NCBI GenBank assembly: GCA_050261115.1
Contig: JBLNCY010000029.1
Location: forward strand, 1-36,299
Source: Methanocella sp.
Lineage (GTDB): Archaea > Thermoproteota > Bathyarchaeia > Bathyarchaeales > Bathycorpusculaceae
Direction of reading: 5' to 3'
Length of the DNA stretch: 36,299 nucleotides
The position numbers were made by a program, and so were the translations under genes. The notes below the pieces were generated by a model, which saw only the letters and a list, made by a program, of their open reading frames with translations, was not told the DNA's origin and did no database searches. Positions 1 through 9,071 of this stretch are shown here, in pieces. The stretch's first letter is position 1, and each line of letters begins with the position of its first letter.

Positions 1-2
1 CA

Positions 3-275
3 TCAGAAACCCACAATCCCCAACCAGTAACATGCTACACAGACCTTATGAGAATACACAACCAAGGAAACACCACTCGCTATATTTCGTTAACTATCGA
101 CAACCTGTGTGGCACCTCCAACATTGGCAAATTAACAATATTCCTATTCCTAAACCAGACAAACACCCCATTGACTGCCAATTATCTATTGGGCAGCATA
201 ACTATAACAAACAAATCAAGCGGCAGTTTTCCATTATGTGAGTCGTTAATACTTGAACCATCAGCTACATGCTAA
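3..275 (+). CDS. 3' end of a hypothetical, probably surface-associated protein (5'-partial)
   Basis: The frame of ORF 48..275 stays open to the window edge. Asn/Thr/Ile-rich beta-type composition. Confidence 0.5.
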   Translation, partial: SETHNPQPVTCYTDLMRIHNQGNTTRYISLTIDNLCGTSNIGKLTIFLFLNQTNTPLTANYLLGSITITNKSSGSFPLCESLILEPSATC

Positions 276-531
276 TGCAGCCCCTAGCTCAACAATCAGT
301 TACACCTTAACAGGGCATTACCAATAAAGAATAGAACTAAGAAACAAAACCAAAAAGCGAGAGTTGCTAAACTTTTTCATTATATTAATCTTCGCGGCTG
401 GTTGGGTAAGAAAAGTATGTTTGGTGTTTGCTGGTTTTGGGCGGCAGAGACCACGACTTAGTGTACCTACCGAGCCGACCGCTAGAGTTAAAGGCAACCC
501 AACAAATATCAATAAACGCCCGCAAAAAATG

Positions 532-609
532 GGGGCTTTCGGCTAGCTTGGTCCAGGCTTGTAGCCTCGGGCGCTATAGACCCCGGTTCAAATCCGGGAA
601 GCCCCACCA
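532..609 (+). tRNA. tRNA-Pro (anticodon CGG), CCA encoded
   Basis: Acceptor stem GGGGCTT/AAGCCCC-A-CCA. Anticodon arm GTAGC-CT-CGG-GC-GCTAT (CGG at 568-570). T arm CCCGG-TTCAAAT-CCGGG. Confidence 0.96.
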
Positions 610-738
610 AACTCACCAATCTATACAAAGAATTTTGCGATACAATAGTTAGACTCATAACGTTAGGTCTCAAGTAAAAATAGCCCTTGCACGGCAGTTA
701 TATTAAGGAAAAAGCTGCCAATTATATTGGTGAAAGGT

Positions 739-888
739 TTGGCTGAATCCGAAAAAGCACCAATTAAAGCAACCCAGCAAGTAACGGAAAAAATCCAAAA
801 ACAGATGGATGCAGTTAATAGTAAAATATCCAAGACGGTAGTAAAATCTATAGAGGAAGACCCCTGGCACACCAAGACAAAGAAGTGA
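739..888 (+). CDS. small hypothetical protein (49 aa, MAESEKAPIK...WHTKTKK)
   Basis: TTG start 5 nt after a GGTGA SD, with an AT-rich promoter-like stretch upstream. Below the ORF-track cutoff. Explains the antisense ORF 663..875. Confidence 0.55.
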   Translation: MAESEKAPIKATQQVTEKIQKQMDAVNSKISKTVVKSIEEDPWHTKTKK

Positions 889-1003
889 ATGTGCCGAGGT
901 GCAGTGGGGAAGCTGGTTTGTTGAGTTCTTGGCTGCCAGTTTCCCGTTTACCCGTTTAGCGTAGACAGCAACCGATTTCTACCTCTTTCGCTACCTATTC
1001 TCT

Positions 1004-1864
1004 ATGACCCCTTCCCAAATTAACCCGCAAGTTGTCATCGTTAAGATGACAAAACAAGAATGCCAAACAGCTATTGACTGGGCTAAAGCCGAAGGCTGGA
1101 TCCCCGGCATACACGACGTAGACACCTTCTACGAAACCGACCCAACCGCCTTCTACGCCGCAAAAATCAACGGCCAAATAGTAGGCACCTTTTCAGTAGT
1201 CAAATACTCAGCGAACTATGCGTTTGCCGGCTTCTTTATCGTGCATCCAGAGTGGCGAAGCAAAGGCATAGGCCTCACGATACAGCATTATATAGACACC
1301 CAGTTCAGCGGCTATAACGTGGGCATAGACGGCGTCTTAGCAATGCAAGAAAAATACGCCAAAGCGGGGTACAAGTGGGCTTACGGGAACGAGCGGTACG
1401 CGGGAATCGCCAAAGCCAGAAAAATGGACCGCCACTGCCGTAAAATAACATTAAACGATTTGGAACGCATCATAGATTTCGACGCAAAATTCTTCCCAGA
1501 AAAAAGGGGTAAATTCCTCAAGCTCTGGTTAACTCAGAGCGACGCAACAGCCTTGCTCGCGGAGGATGATGATGGAAACCTGTTGGGGTATGGCGTTGTG
1601 CGTAAGTGTTTCCAGGGCCATAAGATTGGGCCCTTGTTTGCAGAAACTCCCCAGACGGCGAAGTGGCTTTTTGACGCTCTTGCCGATTCTATCAGAGGAG
1701 AAGAACTCTTTATCGACGTGCCCACAGTAAACGCTTCGGCGCTACAGATAGTCTTAGCCCAGGACATGAAGCCGGTTTTTACCACAGCAAGGATGTACAC
1801 TAAGCAGGCGCCTAATTTGCCGCTGGACAAAATCTACGGAGTAACCTCACTCGAATTAGGTTAA
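1004..1864 (+). CDS. two-domain GNAT acetyltransferase (YitH-like)
   Basis: EGWIPG, acetyl-CoA motif FIVHPEWRSKGIG, and a C-terminal GYGVVR..GHKIGPLFA domain. Confidence 0.9.
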   Translation: MTPSQINPQVVIVKMTKQECQTAIDWAKAEGWIPGIHDVDTFYETDPTAFYAAKINGQIVGTFSVVKYSANYAFAGFFIVHPEWRSKGIGLTIQHYIDTQFSGYNVGIDGVLAMQEKYAKAGYKWAYGNERYAGIAKARKMDRHCRKITLNDLERIIDFDAKFFPEKRGKFLKLWLTQSDATALLAEDDDGNLLGYGVVRKCFQGHKIGPLFAETPQTAKWLFDALADSIRGEELFIDVPTVNASALQIVLAQDMKPVFTTARMYTKQAPNLPLDKIYGVTSLELG

Positions 1865-1933
1865 ACCCTGATTCAAATTGCAACTTGCGGCTCTTTGCGA
1901 TTCCCAGACGCAAAGGGGTACATCTTTGCGTTG

Positions 1934-2092
1934 CTAGTCTGTGGCTTCGCCGATTTCTTCCTGCACCTTACCGACCGCTTGTTTACCTTTGCCCTTCATT
2001 TTCTCGCTTGTATCGCCGGTTACTTCGCCCATCTTTTCTTGCACTTTGCCCTCTGCTTGCTTCATTTTACCTTTAGCTTCATCTTCATTCAT
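1934..2092 (-). CDS. csbD: CsbD-family stress protein (52 aa)
   Basis: Manual translation MNEDEAKGKMKQAEGKVQEKMGEVTGDTSEKMKGKGKQAVGKVQEEIGEATD matches the CsbD pattern KG..KQ..G..QE..G..TGD. GAGGTG SD upstream. Confidence 0.9.
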   Translation of the reverse strand: MNEDEAKGKMKQAEGKVQEKMGEVTGDTSEKMKGKGKQAVGKVQEEIGEATD

Positions 2093-2257
2093 TTAGAAAA
2101 CACCTCATGAGATTTACATTTACTTTCGAAATAAAGTCATGGGGTTGTATGAGAGCAATAACAATCAGTTCCGCCTAGATGCGGGGGTAGCCTGCAAACG
2201 GTTGGTGGCTTTAAATATTAATACTAGAAGCGCTTACCCATTGTTGGGGCGATCAAG

Positions 2258-2602
2258 CTGCTTTTTGGACGAAAAAAAGAATCCCAAGCACAAATCCAAA
2301 TTGACCTAGGTGACCTCAAAGATGAGAAGGCACGTTTGGTTAACTTTTTAGAGTCGCGCCTAAAAATTGAAGTCTTGGAAGAGAAAAATACTCTAACAGT
2401 TGACCAAGAAAAGGTATCATTGATAAACCTACATCATACCGTAAAAAAGTACCTCTACCATAGAAACCTCAGCAACACCCACTACCTCACCCTTGAGGGA
2501 TTAACAGTAAAAATCAACCGCTTCAAAAGCCACAACAAAAAAGACAAAGAAAAACCCAAAGAACGCCAAGTTAAAACTATGACCCAGACTTGGGGCCTAT
2601 AA
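2258..2602 (+). CDS. eL22 (L22e)-like ribosomal protein homologue, probable CTG start
   Basis: ID...FLESRLK..EEKNTLTV...S...L...KKYL...NL pattern resembles eL22. Frame is open upstream of the called TTG at 2336, and CTG at 2258 follows an SD-like GGGGCGAT. Confidence 0.6.
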   Translation: MLFGRKKESQAQIQIDLGDLKDEKARLVNFLESRLKIEVLEEKNTLTVDQEKVSLINLHHTVKKYLYHRNLSNTHYLTLEGLTVKINRFKSHNKKDKEKPKERQVKTMTQTWGL

Positions 2603-2681
2603 AAAACGCTGCTTTACGGGTAATCCTTAAATCTACACTGAGTAACTCATCTTTTCCATATTCCATACTGGAGGGCATAAA

Positions 2682-3185
2682 GTGAAAAGTGTAGATGTTG
2701 CAGTAGCAGCCGTTTTTGCAGCACTCGCCATCGCCATACCCCTGCTCTTCGCCGGAACACTACAAATCACCATACCCGCCGTAGGCTACTCCGCAACCCT
2801 GGCCTCTCATGTTCCAGTAATGCTCTCCGCCCTGTTTGGCCCAATCGTCACAGGAATCGTGGGTGCCGCCTCCTCACTTGGGTTTGTAGGAACCCTGGGA
2901 CCAATAGTTGGGGCCCGCGCAGCAACCCACATAGTCTGGGGCGTCGCCGCAGCATACGCCATAGCAAAGGGACTCTCGTTTCCTAAGGCGCTCTTCCTAA
3001 TTGGGTTGCCGCTGCATGCGGTTCTTGAGGGGCTGGTAGTTGTTGGGTTTGGCGTGCCCTTGGAGGGATCTTTGATAGTTGTGGCTGGAACAGCAATCCA
3101 GCATGTCATCGACTCAATAATCGCCATCGTTGTTCTCAAGGCAGCCCAACCATTAATCCGAATGATTAGGCATAAAGAGAAATAA
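2682..3185 (+). CDS. ECF transporter S component, NiaX (niacin)-like
   Basis: Hydrophobic 167 aa with SATLASHVP, ARAATH and QHVID motifs. Confidence 0.8.
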   Translation: MKSVDVAVAAVFAALAIAIPLLFAGTLQITIPAVGYSATLASHVPVMLSALFGPIVTGIVGAASSLGFVGTLGPIVGARAATHIVWGVAAAYAIAKGLSFPKALFLIGLPLHAVLEGLVVVGFGVPLEGSLIVVAGTAIQHVIDSIIAIVVLKAAQPLIRMIRHKEK

Positions 3186-3198
3186 TTCGCGGCCAGTG

Positions 3199-3561
3199 TT
3201 AGGGTGTATCTGTTTTTTGCCGCAGCTTCCCAAACTCGATGGCGTTAGCTATCACGTTTTGTAGGCTCTCAAAGTCGGTGTGCTGCATGGTTGTTGCGTC
3301 TGCAGATACGTAGTTGCCTCTTTGGGCTTGGGAGACGTATCGCTCAAGTTCATACTCAAGTATTCCCTTGGTTAAGATCGGTTGGCCATTAAGCAGCCGC
3401 AGATTACAGCTAAGACAGTATTCGAAGTCGTACTCTAACCGTCTGCCTTTGGAGTTGCCTTCGCCAAAGTAGTTCGGGTCCCTGCCGAGCTTTGTGAAGT
3501 CTACATCGTCATACTCGATGATTGTTACGTGTGTTTTTTTGATGGTGTGCTGATGACTCAA
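3199..3561 (-). CDS. hypothetical protein
   Basis: 120-aa ORF with normal composition and no competing ORF. Confidence 0.65.
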   Translation of the reverse strand: MSHQHTIKKTHVTIIEYDDVDFTKLGRDPNYFGEGNSKGRRLEYDFEYCLSCNLRLLNGQPILTKGILEYELERYVSQAQRGNYVSADATTMQHTDFESLQNVIANAIEFGKLRQKTDTP

Positions 3562-3591
3562 ATTGGCACTTCCAAATGGTTAATTGTGGGG

Positions 3592-3662
3592 TGGGTTAAG
3601 GTAGTTGCGGCTACCGAGATCGGGGAAGGAGGGGCACGGTAAAGCCCGCAACCAATAACCCA
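3592..3662 (-). other. long GC-rich hairpin in the leader of the 3199..3561 gene
   Basis: Nested arms TGGGTTA/TAACCCA, GTTGCGGCT/AGCCCGCAAC and ACCG/CGGT. Confidence 0.55.
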
Positions 3663-3822
3663 GTTCTTACTCAGCCGACTTAGCTTTAAGAGTTGTTAGG
3701 AAGCCTGATGGGCAGGCCTGTCCAAGTAGGCTTGACAAACCTGCAAAGCATACATGGCAAACCCTGCAAAGCGGAATTCCTAAGCGATCATGTAAAATAG
3801 GCGCAGCCATAAACCAAAGAGT

Positions 3823-4398
3823 ATGTACGAGGCCTTGGTGTTTGTTGCCGCGGCAGCAAGCTTCATAACAGCAGCACTCTACATCCGCGCAATGTTTAGG
3901 GGAGCCGCTAAACCTAACCGCGTCACATGGCTAATGTGGTCCATCGCACCATTCATCGGAACGGCAGCCGCGGTTTACAGTGGCGTCACGTGGGCGGCTG
4001 TGCCCGTGTTTATGATGGGGTTTTCGCCTTTCCTCATTTTCATAGCGTCATTCTTTACCGAAAAGGCGTACTGGAAGCTAGGCGGGTTTGACTATCTCTG
4101 CGGCGGCCTATCGGCGTTGGCGCTTCTGCTTTGGGTCGTAACGATGGACCCCGACGTGTCGATTATGCTGGCAATAGTTAGCGACGCAATAGCCGCCGTG
4201 CCCACGTTGACAAAAGCTTATCGTATGCCTCAAACGGAAGCCATTTGGCCCTTCCTGACCGGGATATTCAACTCTACCGTAAGCCTTATCGTAGCGGTGA
4301 CATGGAGCTTTGCAGAGGTCGCTTTTCCTATTTACTTGCTGGCGCTTAATCTGTTGCTTGTAGCCCTACTTGCCAGAGCCATCTCCTCACGCCAGTAA
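3823..4398 (+). CDS. uncharacterised multi-pass membrane protein (PQ-loop-like duplicated architecture)
   Basis: About 6-7 TM segments, with KPNRVTWLMW and VPTLTKAYRMPQTE motifs. Confidence 0.75.
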   Translation: MYEALVFVAAAASFITAALYIRAMFRGAAKPNRVTWLMWSIAPFIGTAAAVYSGVTWAAVPVFMMGFSPFLIFIASFFTEKAYWKLGGFDYLCGGLSALALLLWVVTMDPDVSIMLAIVSDAIAAVPTLTKAYRMPQTEAIWPFLTGIFNSTVSLIVAVTWSFAEVAFPIYLLALNLLLVALLARAISSRQ

Positions 4399-4414
4399 GG
4401 AGACAGCTTTTTCT

Positions 4415-5482
4415 TTAACGAGACTTTGCCTGCTCATAGGCGTTTGCTATAGCTATACCTGTGATGATGCCGACAATTTTGGTGGGGGAATTTCTTTTTA
4501 CTACAGGGATAAGGGCGAGGTTCTGTGCAGCTATGATCTTGTTTGCTTCAAGTATAGAGTCATCCTCGTAAACCACGATCTTGGAGAGGGGCATCTGCTC
4601 GATAAGGGTTGAGTCGCGTTGTTCGGGTTTTATCTTTACTAGGTCACTCCACTTTACTATCCCTTGCAGTTCACCATCTTTCTCGACCAAGACATCGTGG
4701 TAGCGGTTTTGGAACATGACTTCGAGAGCCTCTTTGATGTTCTGCTGTGGATTCACCCGTCTGAATTCAGCTTGCATAACATCTTTCACTCGGACGCCTG
4801 CAAGTTTAGTGGAGATTATGGTTAGTTCGCCTTCTTCACTTGCGCCTAAATAGACGAACATGCCGACTATGATGAGTAGGAAGTTGAAGAAGACGCCAAC
4901 CACGACCATGACAATGCCCAATACTTTTCCTAGATTAACGGCGTATCGTGTAGCGTCGGAGAATTTCATGCGTTCTGCAAGTAGCGCTCGGAAGACTCTG
5001 CCGCCGTCCATGGGGAAAGCTGGGACGAGGTTAAAGATGCCCAGTAGGAGGTTTAGGATTGCGAGGTCAAAGAGCAGCCGCCCGGTCGTTGAAGACAGTG
5101 TGAAAAGGTAGGTTAGAAGATTAGGCGTCATCAGAAGGCTAATGGATAGGAGTACGGCTCCGATGAGTAAGCTGACGAGGGGTCCAGCGATGGCCATGCG
5201 CCATTCCTGTCTTGGGGTTTCGGGAATTTCTTCTATTTCTGAGACGCCGCCGATTGGGTAGAGGACGATTTTTCGGACTTTAATGCCGTAATGTCTTGCT
5301 ACTACTGAATGGGCAAGTTCATGAAATACGACGAAGACAAACAAAAATAGCACTAAGAGGAAGGTGTAGAACTGCAGGCTTGGCAGGGAAAGCAGAAACA
5401 CTGCCAAAATCAACAGCAGAAACGTGAAGTGTAACTCTATGGGTATGCCCCACACGGAGCCTATCTTAAAGGCGTACTTCAT
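4415..5482 (-). CDS. site-2 protease (peptidase M50) with CBS pair
   Basis: HELAH zinc motif, NLVPAFPMDGG, and C-terminal CBS domains. Confidence 0.95.
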   Translation of the reverse strand: MKYAFKIGSVWGIPIELHFTFLLLILAVFLLSLPSLQFYTFLLVLFLFVFVVFHELAHSVVARHYGIKVRKIVLYPIGGVSEIEEIPETPRQEWRMAIAGPLVSLLIGAVLLSISLLMTPNLLTYLFTLSSTTGRLLFDLAILNLLLGIFNLVPAFPMDGGRVFRALLAERMKFSDATRYAVNLGKVLGIVMVVVGVFFNFLLIIVGMFVYLGASEEGELTIISTKLAGVRVKDVMQAEFRRVNPQQNIKEALEVMFQNRYHDVLVEKDGELQGIVKWSDLVKIKPEQRDSTLIEQMPLSKIVVYEDDSILEANKIIAAQNLALIPVVKRNSPTKIVGIITGIAIANAYEQAKSR

Positions 5483-5590
5483 ATAGTGTTAAGCCCGAAA
5501 GCGGCGCATATAAGTCTTCTATACGGATGGATGCTTGGGAGAGAGGTAGGTTTATGGCTGTTTAAAGAAAAGTGTGGGTGTGGGTGTGGG

Positions 5591-6163
5591 TTAGTAGTTT
5601 TCTACCCAGACCTCAAAATACGATTTTGGATGAGCGCAGGTTGGACACTTATCAAGCGCCTCAGCACCTTCCACTACCATGCCGCAGTTTCGGCACTTCC
5701 ACTTGATCGGTGCATCCTTCTTGAACACTTTGCCCTCTTTTACGTTTTCAAGCAGTTTATTGTATCGGCGTTCATGATATGCTTCCACTTGAGCCACCAT
5801 GGTGAAGGTTTTTGCGATATCTGGGAAGCCCTCGTTTTTGGCGACTTCAGCAAAGCTTGGGTAGATTACACCCCATTCGGCTTTCTCGCCTTCGGCGGCT
5901 GCTTTTAGGTTTTCAGCGGTTGTTCCTATGACTCCTGCCGGGTAGGAAGCGGTGATTTCCACCATGCCGCCTTTTAGGTGCTTAAAGAAGAGTTCAGCGT
6001 GTTCCTTTTCGTTTGCGGCGGTTTCTTCAAAGATAGCGGCTATCTGTTCATAGCCTTCTTTTTTAGCTACACTAGCAAAGAATGTGTACCGGGTTCTTGC
6101 TTGAGACTCGCCTGCGAAGGCGGCAAGCAGGTTCTTTTCGGTTTGACTTCCGTTGAAGTTCAA
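5591..6163 (-). CDS. rbr: rubrerythrin
   Basis: AFAGESQA, EKEH, EAYH diiron motifs and a C-terminal CRNC...CPTC rubredoxin domain. Confidence 0.97.
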   Translation of the reverse strand: MNFNGSQTEKNLLAAFAGESQARTRYTFFASVAKKEGYEQIAAIFEETAANEKEHAELFFKHLKGGMVEITASYPAGVIGTTAENLKAAAEGEKAEWGVIYPSFAEVAKNEGFPDIAKTFTMVAQVEAYHERRYNKLLENVKEGKVFKKDAPIKWKCRNCGMVVEGAEALDKCPTCAHPKSYFEVWVENY

Positions 6164-6307
6164 AATTTTTCAGCTCCTTACCAATTGCTTAGCAACCTCG
6201 AAATATAAGTATATCCAAACCGTGATTTTTGGTTAAAGGCTTTTATTTTTCGATTGGCTATGTGTGGTTGCCGGATGATGAGAAGGCATTAAATTGACAT
6301 AAAATGG

Positions 6308-7683
6308 ATGAAAATTCAGAGTTACTCAGACGGTAACGTCTGGGAGGCTCTTAAATGCGTGGTTGCTTTAAGAGTTCCCAGGCGTCAACTATGCGGAAGA
6401 ATGGGTTGAGACCTACCCCAGCATCACAAAAATCTATGAAGCAATCGCAGGGGTCAGGCGGATGGGTTCAGAAGGAACCGTTGAAGCCTACGTCAAGGCA
6501 GTACGAGTTTTCGTTAAATACTTGGGCTACCAAGACCCAGAAACTGCGCTCACAGCTCTAAAAAGCGGCGAAGTAGACGCTGAGCAGAAAGTCGATACCT
6601 TCATCGATTACGCATTGGAGGAGCAGAATAAAGCCCACAGCCATGTAAGGAACCATATTTTTGGTATTAAGAAGTGGTTTGAGCTCAACGGAGTGCATGT
6701 TGACTGGAAAAAGATAGAGTTGCCCACAAGCGCTGAAATCCGAGAAGAGGATCGGTCACCCACCAAAGAGGAGCTAAAGCGTCTTTTAAACCAATGTACA
6801 GCTAGGGATAGAGCGATAATTTTCTGTGGCTCAAGCAGCGGTTTACGGGCTGGAACGCTGTTTAGCCTAAAGAAGGGTGATTTGGACACAAGCTATGCCG
6901 ATGTCGCACGACTGACCGTTCAAAGAAAGAGAAGCGGAAAATTCGCAAGTAAACGGCGTGGAAGCGTTGGAAGGCTATTCTGTACGTTTATAGCGCCTGA
7001 AGCTAAAACCGCGTTGCTGCAGTATTTTCAGGAGAGGGAGGCAGCTGGAGAGGTTTTAACAGAGGAATCCCCGCTAATAGGTGACAACTTCCATAAAGGG
7101 AACTTTACAACGATTGAAGATTACGAGCGATGTTGGGCTAGACTGCTTAAGCGTGCAGGGTTAGCTAAGAAGTCAAACCGGTGGTATGAGCTTCATATTC
7201 ATACTTTGAGGAAGTATTTCCGGTCAAACTGTATAGGCGTGGATCCAAGCTATCGGGAACGATGGATGGGGCATAAAGGCCTATACCTTGACATGAGCTA
7301 CTTCAAGGCTGAAGAGCAAAAAGCATCTTGAGGAATACCGCAAGGCTGTTCCGCACTTAACCATTCAAGCGGTACCCGCTGAAGAGAAAAAATTACGCTC
7401 CAAGATGCTTCTAGACTTTGCTAGGCTCCAGGGTTATGACGATGAAGAGTTAAAGAAGCTAGAGGATGTTTTAGCAAAAGCTAAAGACGTTGATGAAGCC
7501 ATAACCGAGTTTAGACGTTTAAGAGAGGAAGCAGGAGAACAAGCAAGCCGCCAAGTCTCCAACAATGGCGGCAAGGGCAAGTATAGCATAGCTAAAGGCG
7601 ACGCTGAACTCTTAAAACGGCTAGACGACGGCTGGAGCCTAGTCCAAAACCTAAGCGAAGACAAATTTCTTATAAAAATGTAA
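6308..7683 (+). pseudogene. tyrosine recombinase/integrase, frameshifted
   Basis: Catalytic SGLRAG, HTLRKYF, WMGH and SYF in 6462..7331. Removing one A from the run at ~7318-7322 gives EQKHLEEYRKAVPHLTI... fused to ORF 7405..7683. The 5' part (MKIQSYSDGNVWEALK / EFPGVNYAEEWVETYPS) is broken by a frameshift and a TAA at ~6369. Confidence 0.85.
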
Positions 7684-7702
7684 AGAGCGACCGAAGAAGA
7701 AT

Positions 7703-8444
7703 TTAGAAGTCAAAATTTTTCGCTTTCAAAGTCAAAAGTCAAATTTGACTTCTATATCACTTATGCTCTAAACTACCGATAAATAGCAAGTGAAATGTGT
7801 AGGCTACCTTCCTTGATTGAGCGCATGTATAATTGGGGCAATAATTTTGGTTCTTGCTGCCTAAGCAAGTTAGAAAACGCGGGTTTGGTCAGCAGTAAGA
7901 AGCAGATAGTACAATGTTTTTGAGCTAACGCTTAGAAGTCAAATTTTTCTCGGGTTATGTGAGGAGCGCACTTTTGGGGCAGCATGTTGTGTTTGCAAGA
8001 GGGCACCGTGAATGGTCGCGGATGGTTTTTTGGTAGTGAAAACCTGTTCAAAGTCATTTTAGCGCCTATCGGAAAGCATGGAAAAAGTCCATGCTTTTTG
8101 GAAGTTGCTTTTCTACGGTTGCTTGGTGTAGATTGCCGAGCGCTAAAAGTCACGTGCCTTCATGGAGCGAAAACCTTGGAGTGTGCACTTTGATATCGAG
8201 AACGCTAAAAAAGCTGTTCAAAACTCAAAAAGAGTGCTATTTATCTTGCCTATTTCTGGTCTTGTTCCGCTTATTCCGTTAGAGCCTACATGTGACTTTG
8301 TGATTTAAATCATAACTTCGCACAAAATGCGACCTTGTGATATGACCTATTAGTCAGGCACTTCTCTAAAGGAAATGCAGTAGCCCAGATTCCTTTCATA
8401 GATTCTTAAGTGTATAGATTGGCAACAAACTGTCAATATTGACA
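7703..8444. repeat. cluster of AAGTCA(AA) repeats and GTCAA-N2-TTGAC palindromes in a non-coding gap
   Basis: TTAGAAGTCAAA at 7703 and 7932. Palindromes AAGTCAAATTTGACTT (7736-7751) and TGTCAATATTGACA (8431-8444). Confidence 0.65.
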
Positions 8445-8552
8445 AATATATCTGCGGTCTGCAGTTTTATTTTTTCTTTTAATTTTAGTAAGCTTTTACA
8501 TAAGGCTAAGATAAAAGGAAAAAATTATAAGTGGTTAGCTTTCAGCGTTCTC

Positions 8553-9071
8553 TTATTTCTTAAAAAATTTCTCGAGTACCAAATTTAGGTGGTAGAGATA
8601 GTCTTCTTCGGGTCCGACATATGTTTGAACTACCAACATGGCCCTTTCTTCGATTTCAGCCTCTGAAACGTTTGCCTTCTTGATGCAAGCTTCAATGTCT
8701 TGCAGATCCCTTGCGTTTAGCCGCCCAATTTTGGTTACGATTATATCGAGTGGCTGAAGAGCCCTCAACACAATATGGCTGAATTCCTTGATTTTGATGC
8801 TTTTCTCCAAGTAGTCATTGGGTAGTGTCTGGCAGAATATACATCCGTCGGTCCATCGGTCAACTTTGTAGCCGGGAGGATTGCTTTTTAGGGCTTGCTC
8901 AAAGTCTAATCTGTCGCAGCCGGGAATTGTAAAGTCGATATCGATTGTGGATGGTTTTAGGTCAAGTAACGTCATTGCTGTACCGCCTGCAGCAACCAAA
9001 GTGATCTTTTTGGCCAGGTCTTCGTTTAGTACGCTTAGAAAGTCAAAGAGTGCGCTTTTATCACAGGGCAT
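8553..9071 (-). CDS. DUF6036-type (AbiEii-like) nucleotidyltransferase, putative toxin
   Basis: GGTAM...STIDIDF NTase motif and C-terminal K.GR...RD..DI. Confidence 0.85.
   Translation of the reverse strand: MPCDKSALFDFLSVLNEDLAKKITLVAAGGTAMTLLDLKPSTIDIDFTIPGCDRLDFEQALKSNPPGYKVDRWTDGCIFCQTLPNDYLEKSIKIKEFSHIVLRALQPLDIIVTKIGRLNARDLQDIEACIKKANVSEAEIEERAMLVVQTYVGPEEDYLYHLNLVLEKFFKK

Noticed and set aside
1885-2110. Plus-strand ORFs 1885..2076 and 1895..2110
   Set aside because: Antisense shadows of the CsbD gene.
5573-5590. (TGTGGG)x3 repeat after the rubrerythrin stop
   Set aside because: Too short to be more than a simple repeat.
6260-6280. GTGTGGTTGCCGGAT as the att duplicate of the tRNA-Val 3' end
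   Set aside because: Only a short gapped match to GTGGGTCGTACCGGAT. The position is suggestive but not distinguishable from chance.
7932-8282. Short ORFs on both strands after the integrase
   Set aside because: Mutually overlapping, atypical composition, no motifs.
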